This document shows positions 1 through 11,048 of a stretch of 64,000 nucleotides of DNA, piece by piece. Both the position numbers and the translations under genes were made by a program. The stretch lies in assembly GCA_963794705.1 (NCBI GenBank), contig CAWCFI010000008.1, positions 8,479-72,478 on the forward strand. Direction: 5' to 3'. The stretch is from an uncultured Acidobacteriota bacterium (GTDB lineage: Bacteria; Acidobacteriota; Vicinamibacteria; Vicinamibacterales; CAVVIG01). Under the pieces are notes generated by a model. It made no database searches, was not told the origin of the DNA, and was given only the letters and a program-made list of their open reading frames with translations. Position 1 is the stretch's first letter; each line of letters begins with the position of its first letter.

Positions 1-481
1 CGCGCTGCCAGTTGCGGCCCAGCCACAAGCGCCGGGCCCGCGCAGCAGCGTCGTGAACCAGGCGCTGATCGCCCAGGCGAAACAGAAGGCGCTGACGACG
101 ATCCAGGGCAACGCGCTCGACTCCTCCAACGGTCACCTCGCCAACGCGGTCGTGCGGCTTCGCGACGCCCGATTCGGACGCATCGTCGATACGCAGGTCA
201 CCGACAAGGCGGGCCTGTTCGCCTTCAAATCGCTCGATCCTGGCAGCTACATCGTCGAGATCATGTCCAGCAACATGTCGATCCTCGCCGCGAGCGAGCT
301 GCTGAATGTGAATCTGGGTGAAGTGGAGTCGGCGGTGGTGAAGCTGCCGTTCCGCATTCCCGCAATGGCGCGATGGACGGGCAGCGCGAGCACGCCGGCC
401 GCGACCGCGGCCGTCATCCAGGCCGCGGCCGTCGGCGTGGCGGCCGTCGTGCCCACGATCCCGATCAGCCCCAATCAGTAG
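1..481 (+). CDS. Secreted carboxypeptidase-regulatory-like (transthyretin/prealbumin-fold) domain protein, 5' truncated by the window edge
   Basis: The frame is open from position 2 (ALPVAA-QPQAP, which looks like the end of a signal peptide). It shows the pattern IQGNALDSSNGHLANAVVRL...TDKAGLFAFKSLDPGSYIVE and ends in an Ala/Val-rich hydrophobic tail, ...ISPNQ. Confidence 0.7.
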   Translation, partial: ALPVAAQPQAPGPRSSVVNQALIAQAKQKALTTIQGNALDSSNGHLANAVVRLRDARFGRIVDTQVTDKAGLFAFKSLDPGSYIVEIMSSNMSILAASELLNVNLGEVESAVVKLPFRIPAMARWTGSASTPAATAAVIQAAAVGVAAVVPTIPISPNQ

Positions 482-487
482 CCGTCG

Positions 488-2803
488 ATGTTCGAACCCA
501 CTTCATCCGGCGCGCCGCGATCGTCGACGACGATCCGCACGGCATCCGGCGCGGCTCCGAGCTCGGGAGCTCCGGGCGGGCCGGCCGGCAGTCCAGCCGG
601 AACGCCGAACGCGCCGTACACCCCGGAGAACGACGTCCATCTGCTCGACCGTCTCGCGGTGCTGTACCGCTACCGGCGGCTGTGCGTCACGGTCTTCATC
701 CTCGTGACGGCGGCGATGATCATCCAGGGCTACAGCGCGATCAAGGTGTACCAGGCGCAGGCGCGGCTGCTGATCGAGGACGAGCGCTCCACCGCGGTGC
801 CCGGGCTGCAGACCGATCAGAACCAGTTCTACGAGGATCCCGAACCGTATTACCAGACGCAGTACAAGATCCTCAAGGGACGCGACCTGATGCGTCGGGT
901 GGTCCGCAAGCTGCACCTGGAAAAAGTGCCCGAGTTCAACGGCACCAAGCCGGCGCCGCCGACCCCGACCTCGCTGCTCAGCGACTTGAAGACCCGCGTG
1001 ATGGGATATTTCAGCACGCCGGCGGCAACGGCCGCGGCCGAAACCCCGAAGGTCGACGAGACCGCGGACGAGTCGGCGCTGGTCGGCAGCTTCATCGGCC
1101 GGGTGGGCGTGGAGCCGGTGCGCGGCACCCATCTGGTCGACGTCACCTTCGTCTCCGAAGAACCCAAATTCGCGGCCGACGCGGTCAACATGCTGATCGA
1201 CGAGTACGTCAGCGAAAACCTCGAGGTCAAACTGCGCTCGACGCAAGGCATGCTCGACTGGCTGGGCACCGAGCTCGCGAACCAGCAGAAGCGCGTCGAA
1301 GAGAGCGAGCGCGCGCTGGCCGAGTACCGCGAAAAAGAGAACGCGCTGTCGCTCGACGACAAGCAGAACATCGTGCTGTCGCGTCTCAATCAGCTCAACG
1401 ACACCGCGACCCACGCGCGCAGCGTCCGGGTCCAGAAGGAGTCGCTCTACAACCAGGTCAAGGCGATCGCCGCCGGCACCAATCCCGACGCGATTCCAAT
1501 CATCGCGGGGAACCCCGGCGTGCAGACCGCGCGGACCAAGCTGGGCGACCTGCAGCGACAGAAGGTCCAGCTGCTCGAGCGCTACGCCGAGAAGCATCCG
1601 CAGGTGATCAACATCAACGCGCAGCTGCAGGATGCGCAGAAGCAGCTCGATATCGCCATCGCCGGGGCGGTGCAGTCGGTCCGCAACGAGTACGAGACCG
1701 CGCTGATCGAGGAGCGGACGTTCGCCAAGAACCTGGAAGGCGCCAAGAGCGAAGCCACCGACCTCAATCGCAAGGGGATCGGCTACGGCGTGATGGAGCG
1801 CGAGGCGAAGAGCAACCGCGAGGTCTATCAGTCGCTGTTGACGCGCGAGAAAGAGCTTCGCGTTTCGGCCAACAGCCGCACCAACAACGTGCGCGTGGTC
1901 GACCGGGCCGAAGTGCCGCGCGGGCCGGTCACGCCGAGCGGCCGCCGGACCTGGCTGATGTCGGCCGTCATCGGCCTGGTGCTCGCCATCGCCGTCGCGC
2001 TCGGCCTGGACTACATGAACGACACCATCAAGACGCCGGAGGACATCACCCGGCGTCTGAAGCTGCCGTTCCTCGGGCTGGTCCCCGCGGTCCGGGGCGA
2101 CAAGCACCCGCTGCTGGCCTCGTCGCACGTGCCGCACGACTTCGGCGAGTCGTTCCGATCGCTGCGAACCTCGCTGCTGTCGAAGTATCCCGACGAAGGC
2201 ACCAAGATCATCATCGTCACCAGCGCGCAGCCGCTCGAGGGCAAGACCACCACCGCGGCCAACATTGCGATGGCGCTGGCCTACGGCGGATCGCGCGTGC
2301 TGCTGGTCGACGCCGACATGCGCCGGCCCGGCCTGCACCGGCCGCTGCGCCTCACCAACGAGCGCGGCCTCTCGCAGGTCCTGACCGGACAGGCCCGGGT
2401 TCGCGACGTGATTCAGCGCACCGTCGATCCGAACCTGCTGGCGATCACCGCCGGCCGGACGCCGCCGAACCCGTCCGAGCTGCTGTCATCGGAGCGCATG
2501 AAGACGCTGCTCACCAATCTCGCGCACGGTCCGTTCAACTGGATCATCGTCGACACGCCGCCGGTCCTCGCGGTCACCGACGCGGTGATCCTCGCGCCAA
2601 TGGTGACCGGGGTGACGTTCGTGATCGGCGCGGAGATGACGCGGCGGCGCCTCGCGGAGCGCGCGATCGAGACCGTGATGCAATCGCGGCCCCGCTACGC
2701 CGCGGTGGTGCTGAACAAGGTCAACTTCGAGAAGAACAAGTATTACTACTCGCGGTATTACGGCCATCAGTACAAGAACTACTACGCCGAATCGACGCTC
2801 TGA
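488..2803 (+). CDS. wzc: Polysaccharide co-polymerase / tyrosine autokinase (Wzc/GumC family)
   Basis: Two TM segments flank a coiled-coil region. Walker A is SAQPLEGKTT, A' is VDADMRRP, Walker B is IIVDTPP, and there is a C-terminal Tyr cluster KYYYSRYYGHQYKNYY. Confidence 0.95.
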   Translation: MFEPTSSGAPRSSTTIRTASGAAPSSGAPGGPAGSPAGTPNAPYTPENDVHLLDRLAVLYRYRRLCVTVFILVTAAMIIQGYSAIKVYQAQARLLIEDERSTAVPGLQTDQNQFYEDPEPYYQTQYKILKGRDLMRRVVRKLHLEKVPEFNGTKPAPPTPTSLLSDLKTRVMGYFSTPAATAAAETPKVDETADESALVGSFIGRVGVEPVRGTHLVDVTFVSEEPKFAADAVNMLIDEYVSENLEVKLRSTQGMLDWLGTELANQQKRVEESERALAEYREKENALSLDDKQNIVLSRLNQLNDTATHARSVRVQKESLYNQVKAIAAGTNPDAIPIIAGNPGVQTARTKLGDLQRQKVQLLERYAEKHPQVININAQLQDAQKQLDIAIAGAVQSVRNEYETALIEERTFAKNLEGAKSEATDLNRKGIGYGVMEREAKSNREVYQSLLTREKELRVSANSRTNNVRVVDRAEVPRGPVTPSGRRTWLMSAVIGLVLAIAVALGLDYMNDTIKTPEDITRRLKLPFLGLVPAVRGDKHPLLASSHVPHDFGESFRSLRTSLLSKYPDEGTKIIIVTSAQPLEGKTTTAANIAMALAYGGSRVLLVDADMRRPGLHRPLRLTNERGLSQVLTGQARVRDVIQRTVDPNLLAITAGRTPPNPSELLSSERMKTLLTNLAHGPFNWIIVDTPPVLAVTDAVILAPMVTGVTFVIGAEMTRRRLAERAIETVMQSRPRYAAVVLNKVNFEKNKYYYSRYYGHQYKNYYAESTL

Positions 2804-4172
2804 TGTTTCGGCGGCGGCCTTCCTTCTCCTTCTCCTCATCGGCTGGGCGCTCGTGGCATTTGCCGGCGCGTATCGCTGGACGACGGTCCCGCTGTGCGCC
2901 GGCACGCTGCTGCTGCTGATCCTGGCGCGGCCGCCGATCGGCCGCGGCTCGAGAAGCGTGCTCGACTGGGCGCTGCTGCTCTGCCTGATGGCGGTCGCCG
3001 CGCAGCTGATTCCCCTCCGATCGTCGGTCCGGGACCGGCTCTCGCCTCACGCGTTCGCCGTCGATCGCGTCACCGCGCTCGACGCCGAGCCGGCGATCCG
3101 TCCGACCCACCCGCTGTCGGTGGACGTCGAATCGACCCGCTGGGCGCTGGCGCTCGGGGCCTCCTACCTTGGTCTCTTCTGGGGCGCCTGCGCCGTGTTC
3201 GCGGGCAACGGCGGTCGGGTGATTCTGCGAGGCGTTGCCTGGCTGGGGCTGGCATTGACCACGCTGGTCGCCTTTCAGCGGGCGACCTCGCCATCGCTGC
3301 TGTACTGGACCTGGAAGCCCATGAGCGCCGGCGCGTCGCCGTACGGCCCATTCGTGAACCGGAACGGGCTCGCCTGCTGGCTGGCCATGGCGCTGCCGCT
3401 GGTGATTGGCTACGCGATGGCGAGGCACCATGCGAGGCGCCCCACCGAAGGCGGCGGCGCCCCGGGCGCCCTGCTCGATCCAACCCAGCTCTGGCTCGGC
3501 GGATCGGCGGTGCTGATGACCGGCGGCCTCCTCGCCTCGATGTCGCGCGCTGGCATTCTGGGCGGCGGCATCGGCCTGCTGGCCTTCATCGTGTTCTCGC
3601 GGAAGCGGCTCGGTGGGAAAAGCGCGCTGGCGTGGTTGATCGCCGGATTCGGCGCCATGGTGGTGGCGGCGTCGGCCTACGCGAACCTCGGCTCGCTGGC
3701 GATGCGCATGACGGAAACCACCGAACAGGGTCCGTGGGGACGCCCCGCGATCTGGCGCGACACCTGGCGGATGGCGTCGGACTTCTGGCGCACCGGGGTC
3801 GGCGCCGGCGCGTTCCAGCACGCGATGCTCGTCTATCAGCAGGGCTCGCGCCTGTTTTTCTTCAACCACGCGCACGACGAATATCTGCAGATTCTCGCCG
3901 AAGGCGGCGTGCTGCTCGCGGCGCCGGCGGCGGTCGCGTTGCTCGCGACGGTCGCGCTGATGGTCCGCCGCCTGCGCGGCGATCACACGGCGATGTTCTG
4001 GATTCGGGCCGGTGCGATCGCCGGGGTCATCGCCGTCGCGGTGCAGAGCGTCTGGGACACCGGCCTGCGGACCCCGGCCAACGGCGCGCTCTTCGCCGTG
4101 ATCGTCGCGGTCGCGGTGCACGCGCCGCGCGTCCAGCGCTCGTCGTCGCGCACGCGCCCCGCTCCACGCTGA
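2803..4172 (+). CDS. O-antigen ligase / O-oligosaccharyltransferase family (Wzy_C) membrane protein
   Basis: Multi-TM protein with GPFVNRN, SMSRAG, RPAIW and HAHDEYLQ motifs. The likely true start is the ATG overlapping the wzc stop (TGATG at 2801-2805). One missing G would restore MFRAAAFLLLLLIGW; the ORF track start is 2853. Confidence 0.85.
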
Positions 4173-4250
4173 AGCGTTCTTCACAGCGAAAGCGCGCCGG
4201 GCACACCTCCGGCGTTGCGGGCGCAGCAGACGTGCGCGCCCGTCTGGCCG

Positions 4251-5414
4251 CTATCCGACGATCGAACGGAACAGGACGCGTCGCGCCGGCGGGTGCTTGA
4301 AGAGAGCGCGGATGAGGGGACGGTGTTCGTTGAAGCGCGCGGTCGCGCGGACGATCGGCATGATGCCGTCGGTGTGGGCGAGCTCGAAAAAGCTGTCGAT
4401 CGCCTTGTCGCTCAGCGACGCGGCGACCATCCGAAGCTCCTGCTGCGCCTCGAACTCATCGGCCAGTTCGGCGCGCCACGCCGTCTCGTAGGCCGAGAGC
4501 GTTTCCGCGTCGAGGCGATCCGCCGCCAGCGCGGCGATCGACACGTCCGCGGCCAGCGCGGCGCTGACGATGCTGTAGTGAATGCCACCGCCGGTCGTCG
4601 GTTTCACGAGACCGGCGGCGTCGCCGATCGCCAGCATGCGGTCGCCGTAGGTGCGGCCGACCGCTCCGAGCGGCAGGATCTTCACCCGCGGCGCCAGGTC
4701 GCGGCTGATCACGCCCCAGCGATCGCGAATGCGACCGAGCATACGGTCGTAGCAGCCACGGATGTCGCGCGACGCCATCACCCCGATTCGCACAAACGCG
4801 CCTTCGGGGCGCAGCACCGGCACCGCCCACGCAAACCCACCTGGCGCGACATCCCGGCCGAAATGCAGCTCGACGTCGCCGGGAAACAGCGCCGGCAGTT
4901 CCCGCTGGGCGGTCTGCAAGTAGGTCGCGGGCAGGCCAAACCCGAAGCGTCGCTGGAACTTGTAGGTGGCGCCGCAGGCCAGCACGGCGAGACGGGCGTG
5001 GACGGTCGTGCTGCCAACCGAGGCGTGCACGCCGTCGGCATCGACGTCGAGCGCGGTGACGCGCGCACCGCCGCGCAGTTCGGCGCCCGACGCAATCGCC
5101 CGGTCTGCCAGCGCGCGATCGAAGACCGGACGGTCGATGACGGTGGCCAGCGGCGTCTGCGTCGTATAGTCGACGGGAATGCCGCCAGGCGAGAGGAAGC
5201 GAACCGACGACAGCTGGTTGAGCGTCGCGTTGGCCGGGAGATCGAACTTCGCAAAGCTATCCGCCGCCAGGACGCCGGTGCAGTGCACCGGATCACCAAC
5301 GCGGTGATGCTCTTCACAGACCAGCGTCCGCACGCCGCGTTCGGCAAGCCGAGCGGCCATGAAGAGTCCCCCTGGGCCCCCGCCCACGATGAGGACGTCG
5401 GTGCGGCTATCCAT
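4251..5414 (-). CDS. Geranylgeranyl reductase family FAD-dependent oxidoreductase
   Basis: DVLIVGGGPGG Rossmann motif, plus IDRPVFD, PGGFAWAVP and IGDAAGLVKPTTGGGI. The start is either 5426 or 5414; TATAAT lies at 5430-5425. Confidence 0.85.
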   Translation of the reverse strand: MDSRTDVLIVGGGPGGLFMAARLAERGVRTLVCEEHHRVGDPVHCTGVLAADSFAKFDLPANATLNQLSSVRFLSPGGIPVDYTTQTPLATVIDRPVFDRALADRAIASGAELRGGARVTALDVDADGVHASVGSTTVHARLAVLACGATYKFQRRFGFGLPATYLQTAQRELPALFPGDVELHFGRDVAPGGFAWAVPVLRPEGAFVRIGVMASRDIRGCYDRMLGRIRDRWGVISRDLAPRVKILPLGAVGRTYGDRMLAIGDAAGLVKPTTGGGIHYSIVSAALAADVSIAALAADRLDAETLSAYETAWRAELADEFEAQQELRMVAASLSDKAIDSFFELAHTDGIMPIVRATARFNEHRPLIRALFKHPPARRVLFRSIVG

Positions 5415-5439
5415 CCGTGGCTGCATTATAAGCGGACTA

Positions 5440-6048
5440 TTAAGGGACGCGACGGTTGCGCTTTTCCCACGCGCCGGTTCCGGTGATCCAGAACGAGAGC
5501 AGGATCAACTTCACGTCCAACCAGAAGCTGGCGCGCTTCAAGTACACCTGGTCCAGCCGGAACTTGCTGGTGCGAGAGATGTCGCGGGATGCGTACACCT
5601 GCGTCAAGCCGGTAAGGCCGGGCCTGACGCGGTGGCGGGCGTCGTAGCCGGCGATTTGATCAAGCGGCACCAGCCGGCCGTCGCCACGCACTTCCACCTC
5701 GCCGGGCCGGAGCGGCCGCGGTCCGACGAAGCTCATGTCTCCCGCAAAGATGTTCCAGAGCTGCGGCAGTTCGTCCATCGCGGTCGCGCGCATCAGCCGG
5801 CCGACGCCGGTCACGCGCGGATCGTTCTCGATCGCCTGCACCGGGCCGGTGCGCGACTCAGCGTCTGGCACCATCGAGCGGAACTTCAACGCGTCGAACG
5901 TCCGGCCGCCCAGGCCGACGCGCGCCTGCCGAAACAGCACCGGCCCGCCATCCTCGAGTTTGATCGCGATGGCGATCAGCAGCCAGAGAGGCGCCGAGAC
6001 CACCAGGCCGACAGCGGCCAGGGTGCAGTCGAAGGCGCGCTTGATCAT
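5440..6048 (-). CDS. Small phosphoglycosyl (priming sugar) transferase, Bac_transf/PglC-like
   Basis: KRAFD, a single hydrophobic helix, KFRSM, DPRVT, MDELPQLWNI, GDMSFVGPRP and RPGLTGL. Confidence 0.92.
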   Translation of the reverse strand: MIKRAFDCTLAAVGLVVSAPLWLLIAIAIKLEDGGPVLFRQARVGLGGRTFDALKFRSMVPDAESRTGPVQAIENDPRVTGVGRLMRATAMDELPQLWNIFAGDMSFVGPRPLRPGEVEVRGDGRLVPLDQIAGYDARHRVRPGLTGLTQVYASRDISRTSKFRLDQVYLKRASFWLDVKLILLSFWITGTGAWEKRNRRVP

Positions 6049-7283
6049 GCGGCTCGCGTCACCGCCGCGACGCGCGTAAACAGCTCGTGGTAGGACTGCA
6101 CGGCCACCTTGCGGTCGTAGTGCCTGGCGACCTGCCGCGCCCGGCCGCCCATGTCTCTCGTCATCACCGGATCGTCGTAGAGCGTCGCAATCGCCTCGGC
6201 TAGCGCCGCCGGATCGCCCGGCGTGGCCACCAGGCCGCAGCCGCTCTCGCGCGCGATCTGCGCGGCCTCGCTGCTCGGATCGGTCGCGGCGACGTAGGGC
6301 CGACCCGCGGCCAGGATGCCGTAGACCTTGCTGGGAACGATGAAGCCCTCGATACCGCTCTTGAGCCCGACCAGGAAGGCGTCGGCGGCCGCAAACGAGT
6401 CGTGCAGCAAGGCCTTGGGCTGATACGGCAGGAACCGCACGTTGGTCAACCCGCGCGCCGCCACCATGGCCTCGAGCGACGCCCGCTTGGATCCATCCCC
6501 GACAATCGCGATGGTGAGACGCTCCTTCGAGCGCAGGCGATCGGCCGCCTCGATCAGCACGTCCAGGTTCTGGGAGAGACCCACGTTGCCCGAGTGCATC
6601 AGCACGAAGCGATCGGCGAGGCCGTGCTCGCGCGAGAAGGCGTTGTCTTTTTGCCCCGGAACGATCGCGTCACAGTCGGCCCAGTTGTGAATGACGTGCA
6701 CGCGGGTGGGATCGGCGCCCTTCTCCTCGACCAGCCGCCGCCGCATGCGATCGCCGAGGGCGACGATCGCGTCGGCGTTCCGAAGCAGATACCGGTTGAC
6801 GCGATCGAGCGCGCCGTTGACGGCGTTGTTGTGGAAATCCTCGAGCAGCGTCGCCACCTCTGGAAAGATGTCCTCGCAGAGGAACACGAAACGCGCACCA
6901 GTGCGGCGCGCGGCCCATAGCGCGGTCAGGCCGACAATCGGCGGATCGGTCAGCGAGACCACGACGTCGGGCCGACCCACGTTGAAGCTGGCGGCGGTCG
7001 CGGCCGCGAAGTAGCTGACGTAGTTGGAGGCCCGCGCCACGAACCGGCCCTGGCGAAGGCGGCTGCCATTCGCCCGCCGGATGTCGACTCCCTGATGCAG
7101 CTCGCGGCTCACGAGGTGCAGACCGGACGCGGCCTCCACCCGCGACGCGTTCAGCGCGCGGCCGGCCACGACCGTGACCTCGGTCCCATACCGGCTCACG
7201 AGATCCTCGGCGAGCTCCGTGAGGAACTGCCCGGTAGCGGCCTGATCGGGCCAATACGACCGGTTGAAGAAGCACACCTTCAC
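6045..7283 (-). CDS. Glycosyltransferase family 4 (WcaI/WbuB-like)
   Basis: GTG start overlaps the upstream stop. Motifs: [22 protein letters not shown] and [14 protein letters not shown]. Confidence 0.88.
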   Translation of the reverse strand: MKVCFFNRSYWPDQAATGQFLTELAEDLVSRYGTEVTVVAGRALNASRVEAASGLHLVSRELHQGVDIRRANGSRLRQGRFVARASNYVSYFAAATAASFNVGRPDVVVSLTDPPIVGLTALWAARRTGARFVFLCEDIFPEVATLLEDFHNNAVNGALDRVNRYLLRNADAIVALGDRMRRRLVEEKGADPTRVHVIHNWADCDAIVPGQKDNAFSREHGLADRFVLMHSGNVGLSQNLDVLIEAADRLRSKERLTIAIVGDGSKRASLEAMVAARGLTNVRFLPYQPKALLHDSFAAADAFLVGLKSGIEGFIVPSKVYGILAAGRPYVAATDPSSEAAQIARESGCGLVATPGDPAALAEAIATLYDDPVMTRDMGGRARQVARHYDRKVAVQSYHELFTRVAAVTRAA

Positions 7284-8224
7284 CCGCGCACCTCTCGATG
7301 GGCGCGGTACCAGTCGATGGTCCGGCGCAGGCCGTCTCGGAATTCGGTCGTGGCCTTGAAGCCGAATCGATTCGCCGCGCGCGTGGTGTCGAGCATCCGC
7401 CGCGGCTGTCCGTCGGGCTTGGTGCGGTCGAAGGTCAGCGATCCGGTGAATCCGGTCAGCTCCGCCAGCAGCTCGGCCAGGTCGCGCATCGCAATCTCGA
7501 AGCCGGCGCCGATGTTCACCGGCTCCGGATCCTCGTAGCGCTCGGTCGCGGTCACGATCGCTTCCGCACAGTCCTCGACGAACAAGAACTCGCGGGTCGC
7601 GTTGCCGGTGCCCCAACACACCACCGACCCGGCGCCGGCGTCAACCGCCTCGATGAATCGTCGGATCAGCGCGGGAATCACGTGCGACGACCTCGGATCG
7701 AAGTTGTCGTGAGGACCGTAGAGATTGACCGGCAGCAGGTGAATGGCGTTGAACCCGTACTCCTGCCGGTAGGCCTGCCCCTGCACCATCAGCATCTTCT
7801 TGGCGATGCCGTAGGGCGCGTTGGTCTCTTCCGGATAGCCGTTCCACAGATCGCGCTCCAAGAAGGGCACCGGCGCCAGCTTCGGATAAGCGCAGATCGT
7901 GCCGATGCCGACGAACTTCTCCACGCCAGCCTGCCGCGCATGCTCCATTGTCAGCGCGCCGAGCATCACGTTCTCGAAGAAGAACCGTCCGGGGAACTCG
8001 CGGTTGGCGCCGATGCCCCCGACCACGGCCGCCAGATGCACCACGATCTGCGGGGCCAGATCGGCATACATCCGGATCACGTCGGATTCGTGGATCAGAT
8101 CGTACTGCGCCTTGCGCGGGACCAGCACGGTCGCGCCACGACTGACGAACGCGGCCGTGACATGCCGGCCGAGAAAGCCGCTGCCGCCAGTCACGACCAC
8201 TCGTTTCGATGCGAGGCTTGTCAA
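7280..8224 (-). CDS. fcl: GDP-L-fucose synthase family (epimerase/reductase)
   Basis: [54 protein letters not shown] and KPDGQPRR. Confidence 0.88.
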   Translation of the reverse strand: MTSLASKRVVVTGGSGFLGRHVTAAFVSRGATVLVPRKAQYDLIHESDVIRMYADLAPQIVVHLAAVVGGIGANREFPGRFFFENVMLGALTMEHARQAGVEKFVGIGTICAYPKLAPVPFLERDLWNGYPEETNAPYGIAKKMLMVQGQAYRQEYGFNAIHLLPVNLYGPHDNFDPRSSHVIPALIRRFIEAVDAGAGSVVCWGTGNATREFLFVEDCAEAIVTATERYEDPEPVNIGAGFEIAMRDLAELLAELTGFTGSLTFDRTKPDGQPRRMLDTTRAANRFGFKATTEFRDGLRRTIDWYRAHREVRG

Positions 8225-9991
8225 TCAGATCTCCAGTGAGACGGGGACCCGCTCCACCACATGACGGCCGATGACCAGCACGTCCATGCTGGTTCTGAGG
8301 AAGCAGTCGAGCGCCTGCGCTGGCGTCAGCACGATCGGCTCGTTCTCATTGAACGAGGTGTTCAGCAGCATCGGCACCCCGCTCAAGCGCTCGAAGGCTT
8401 TGATGAGGCGATAGTAGCGCGGGTTCGACCGGAGACTTACGGTCTGGAGGCGGCCCGATCCATCGACGTGCGTGATCGCGGGAACCACCGCGCGCTTGTC
8501 CGGACGAACCGGATAGACCTGCAGCATGAACGGATCGGGAACGGCATCGACAAAGTAGTCGTCGAGCGCTTCCTCGAGGACCGATGGCGCGAACGGCCGG
8601 AACCGCTCACGGAACTTGATCCGGGTGTTGATGATCTCACGCATGTCGGCGCGCCGGGGATCGGCGACGATGCTCCGGTTGCCGAGCGCCCGAGCGCCCC
8701 ACTCCATCCGTCCCTGATACCAGCCGACGACCCGGCCGGCGGCAATCTGGCCGGCGGTCCAGGCATCGAGCGCCGTTTCGTCCGTCCAGGCGCGTCGGCT
8801 GCAGCCACGCTCGGCGATCGCGACCTGCTCGGCATCGAGCGCCGCGACAATCGCCTCGTCCTCGAACGAAGGTCCCCAGTAGCCGTGCTCCATCACGAAG
8901 CCGCGCGGCCGGCCGGCGATCTGATTCCAGGCGTAGAACGCGGCGCCGAGCGCGGTGCCGTTGTCGCCCGACGCCGGCTGGATGAAGACGTCACGGAAAT
9001 CGGTCTGCTCGCGAATCTTGCCGTTGGCGACGCTGTTCATGGCGCAGCCGCCCGCGAAGCACAACCTCGAGCGGCCAGTTGCTTTCTGGACGTGCCGGAG
9101 CACATGCATTGCCGCGCGCTCGTGCGCGACCTGCAGCGACGCGGCGATCGCCTCGTGCTGCGCGGCAACCGGCTCGTCGCGCCGCCGCGCCGGCCCGAGC
9201 AGCGACTCGAGCTTCGGCGTAAACACCGTGCCCAGCTTTGGCTCCCCGTCTTCCCACGTCATCTGCACTCCGTCGGACCAGTGACGGAAATACGACAAGT
9301 CGAGCTCAAAGCCACCGTCGTCTCGCAGCTGCACGAGCGACTCGATCTCGCGCGTATATCGCGGCTCGCCGTACGGCGCCAAACCCATCACCTTGAACTC
9401 GTCGCCGTAGTTGGGAAAGCCGAGGTACTGGGTGATCGCCAGATATAAGAGGCCGAGCGAATGCGGAAAAAACACGTGGCCGTCCACGGACATCCTCGGA
9501 CCGGCCACACGTCCCCACGAAGTGCTGACGAAGTCGCCGAAACCGTCAATCGCGCAGATCGCCGCCTCGTCGAAAGGGGAAACGAACGCGGCGCTCGCGA
9601 GGTGGGCGGGATGGTGCTCGACATACTGCAGGCGCGATCGGACCCGCGACTCGTCCAGCGAGAGCGCCGCCGCGATCGTGGCCGGCAGCGCCCGCAGACT
9701 GACGATGTTCTTCGCGCGCGATGCGACCGTGCCCTTCGGGCGATGGCGGAGCAGGAACCAGGCCTTGCGCCACAGGTGGGCGCGGGGATCGCGGGACACG
9801 GCGAAGACGTCGACGTCACGCGCCTCAATGCCGCCCATCGTCAGGCAGGCCTGCATCGCCTGGCCGGGAAAGCCGGCCACGTGTTTGATCCGCCGGTAGC
9901 GCTCCTCCTCGACCGCGGCAACGAGCTGGCCGTCGCGCACCAGCGCGGCCGAGACGTCACCGTGATAGGCATTGAGCCCGAGAATGTTCAT
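8225..9991 (-). CDS. Carbamoyltransferase (NodU/CmcH/NovN family)
   Basis: EEERY, EHHPAH, IDGFGD, EFKVMGLAPYG, GGCAMN, GARALGNRS, KFRERFRPFAP and NTSFN. Confidence 0.95.
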   Translation of the reverse strand: MNILGLNAYHGDVSAALVRDGQLVAAVEEERYRRIKHVAGFPGQAMQACLTMGGIEARDVDVFAVSRDPRAHLWRKAWFLLRHRPKGTVASRAKNIVSLRALPATIAAALSLDESRVRSRLQYVEHHPAHLASAAFVSPFDEAAICAIDGFGDFVSTSWGRVAGPRMSVDGHVFFPHSLGLLYLAITQYLGFPNYGDEFKVMGLAPYGEPRYTREIESLVQLRDDGGFELDLSYFRHWSDGVQMTWEDGEPKLGTVFTPKLESLLGPARRRDEPVAAQHEAIAASLQVAHERAAMHVLRHVQKATGRSRLCFAGGCAMNSVANGKIREQTDFRDVFIQPASGDNGTALGAAFYAWNQIAGRPRGFVMEHGYWGPSFEDEAIVAALDAEQVAIAERGCSRRAWTDETALDAWTAGQIAAGRVVGWYQGRMEWGARALGNRSIVADPRRADMREIINTRIKFRERFRPFAPSVLEEALDDYFVDAVPDPFMLQVYPVRPDKRAVVPAITHVDGSGRLQTVSLRSNPRYYRLIKAFERLSGVPMLLNTSFNENEPIVLTPAQALDCFLRTSMDVLVIGRHVVERVPVSLEI

Positions 9992-9995
9992 GAGA

Positions 9996-11033
9996 TCACT
10001 GACAGGTGAGAGCGGTGAGCCGCCTGCGAAAATGCTCGACGGTGAAGTGCTGAAGGTAGCGGGCGCGGCCGCGGGCGCCCATCGCAGCGCTCTCGGACCG
10101 ATCCCGCAGGGTCCGGATCACGCATTCGGTCAGGCGCTGGCGATCGTCCGGCTCCACGATCCAGCCGGTCTGGCCATCGTCGATGATCTCCGACGCGGCG
10201 CCGCGGCAGCCGATACAGCTGCGGGCGGCGCGCATCGCCTCGAGAAAAACCAGGCCGAAGCCTTCGCGCGGGCTCGGCATGGCGAAGACCGTCGCCCGCT
10301 GGTACTCCCGCTGCAGCGCGTCGTCGTCGATGCCGCCGGCGAAGACGACGTGCGCGCCGAGCCCGGTGGCGGCGGCCTTCTGTTCAAGCCGCGGCCGGTC
10401 GTCGCCGTCGCCGACGATCCGCAGCACGGCGTCGGGGACCGACGCCAGCACGGTTGGCCAGATCTCGATGAGCGCGTCGTGGCCCTTGTAGCGCTCGTCC
10501 GCCGTCATCCGGCCGACAATCAACGCCGCCGGCGTCTGGTCGCTGGGGATGTCCGGCACCGCCGCCGGACCGATGCCGTGGTGACACACGTCGACCGGCC
10601 GAGCCGCGAACCGGGGATTCGCCGCCAGGAAGCGATCGCGAGAAAACGCGGAGACCGCGATCAGGCGATCGCTGCGCGTGAGCGCCGCTCGCTGCAGCCA
10701 GGTCAACGGCGTCCATGCCTCGACACCATGCAGGATCGAGACGAGCGTGCCGCGGGCGGCGAACGGCAGCGCCGCAGGCGCAAGGTGCAGGTGATTGACG
10801 ATCACCGTGGCACCCGGATCGCGGACCGCCGCGCGAAGAGCGCTGAACGCGAACCGCGATCCACTTCCTCCCGCGCCTTGCACCGTCGCGCCCGCGAAGC
10901 TGGTCAGCGAGGCACGTTCGTGGAGAGCGACAATGGAGACGCGATCGAACGCGCCGGCCACCAGACGCGCCACGGCGGAGATTCCGTCGTGCCCCGTGAG
11001 ATTGGGCGTCAGGAGGACGACTGATGGCGGCAT
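9996..11033 (-). CDS. Glycosyltransferase family 4
   Basis: VGRM...RYKGHD and EGFGLVFLEAM (EX7E motif). Confidence 0.9.
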   Translation of the reverse strand: MPPSVVLLTPNLTGHDGISAVARLVAGAFDRVSIVALHERASLTSFAGATVQGAGGSGSRFAFSALRAAVRDPGATVIVNHLHLAPAALPFAARGTLVSILHGVEAWTPLTWLQRAALTRSDRLIAVSAFSRDRFLAANPRFAARPVDVCHHGIGPAAVPDIPSDQTPAALIVGRMTADERYKGHDALIEIWPTVLASVPDAVLRIVGDGDDRPRLEQKAAATGLGAHVVFAGGIDDDALQREYQRATVFAMPSPREGFGLVFLEAMRAARSCIGCRGAASEIIDDGQTGWIVEPDDRQRLTECVIRTLRDRSESAAMGARGRARYLQHFTVEHFRRRLTALTCQ

Positions 11034-11048
11034 GTGGACGTGCTTGCC

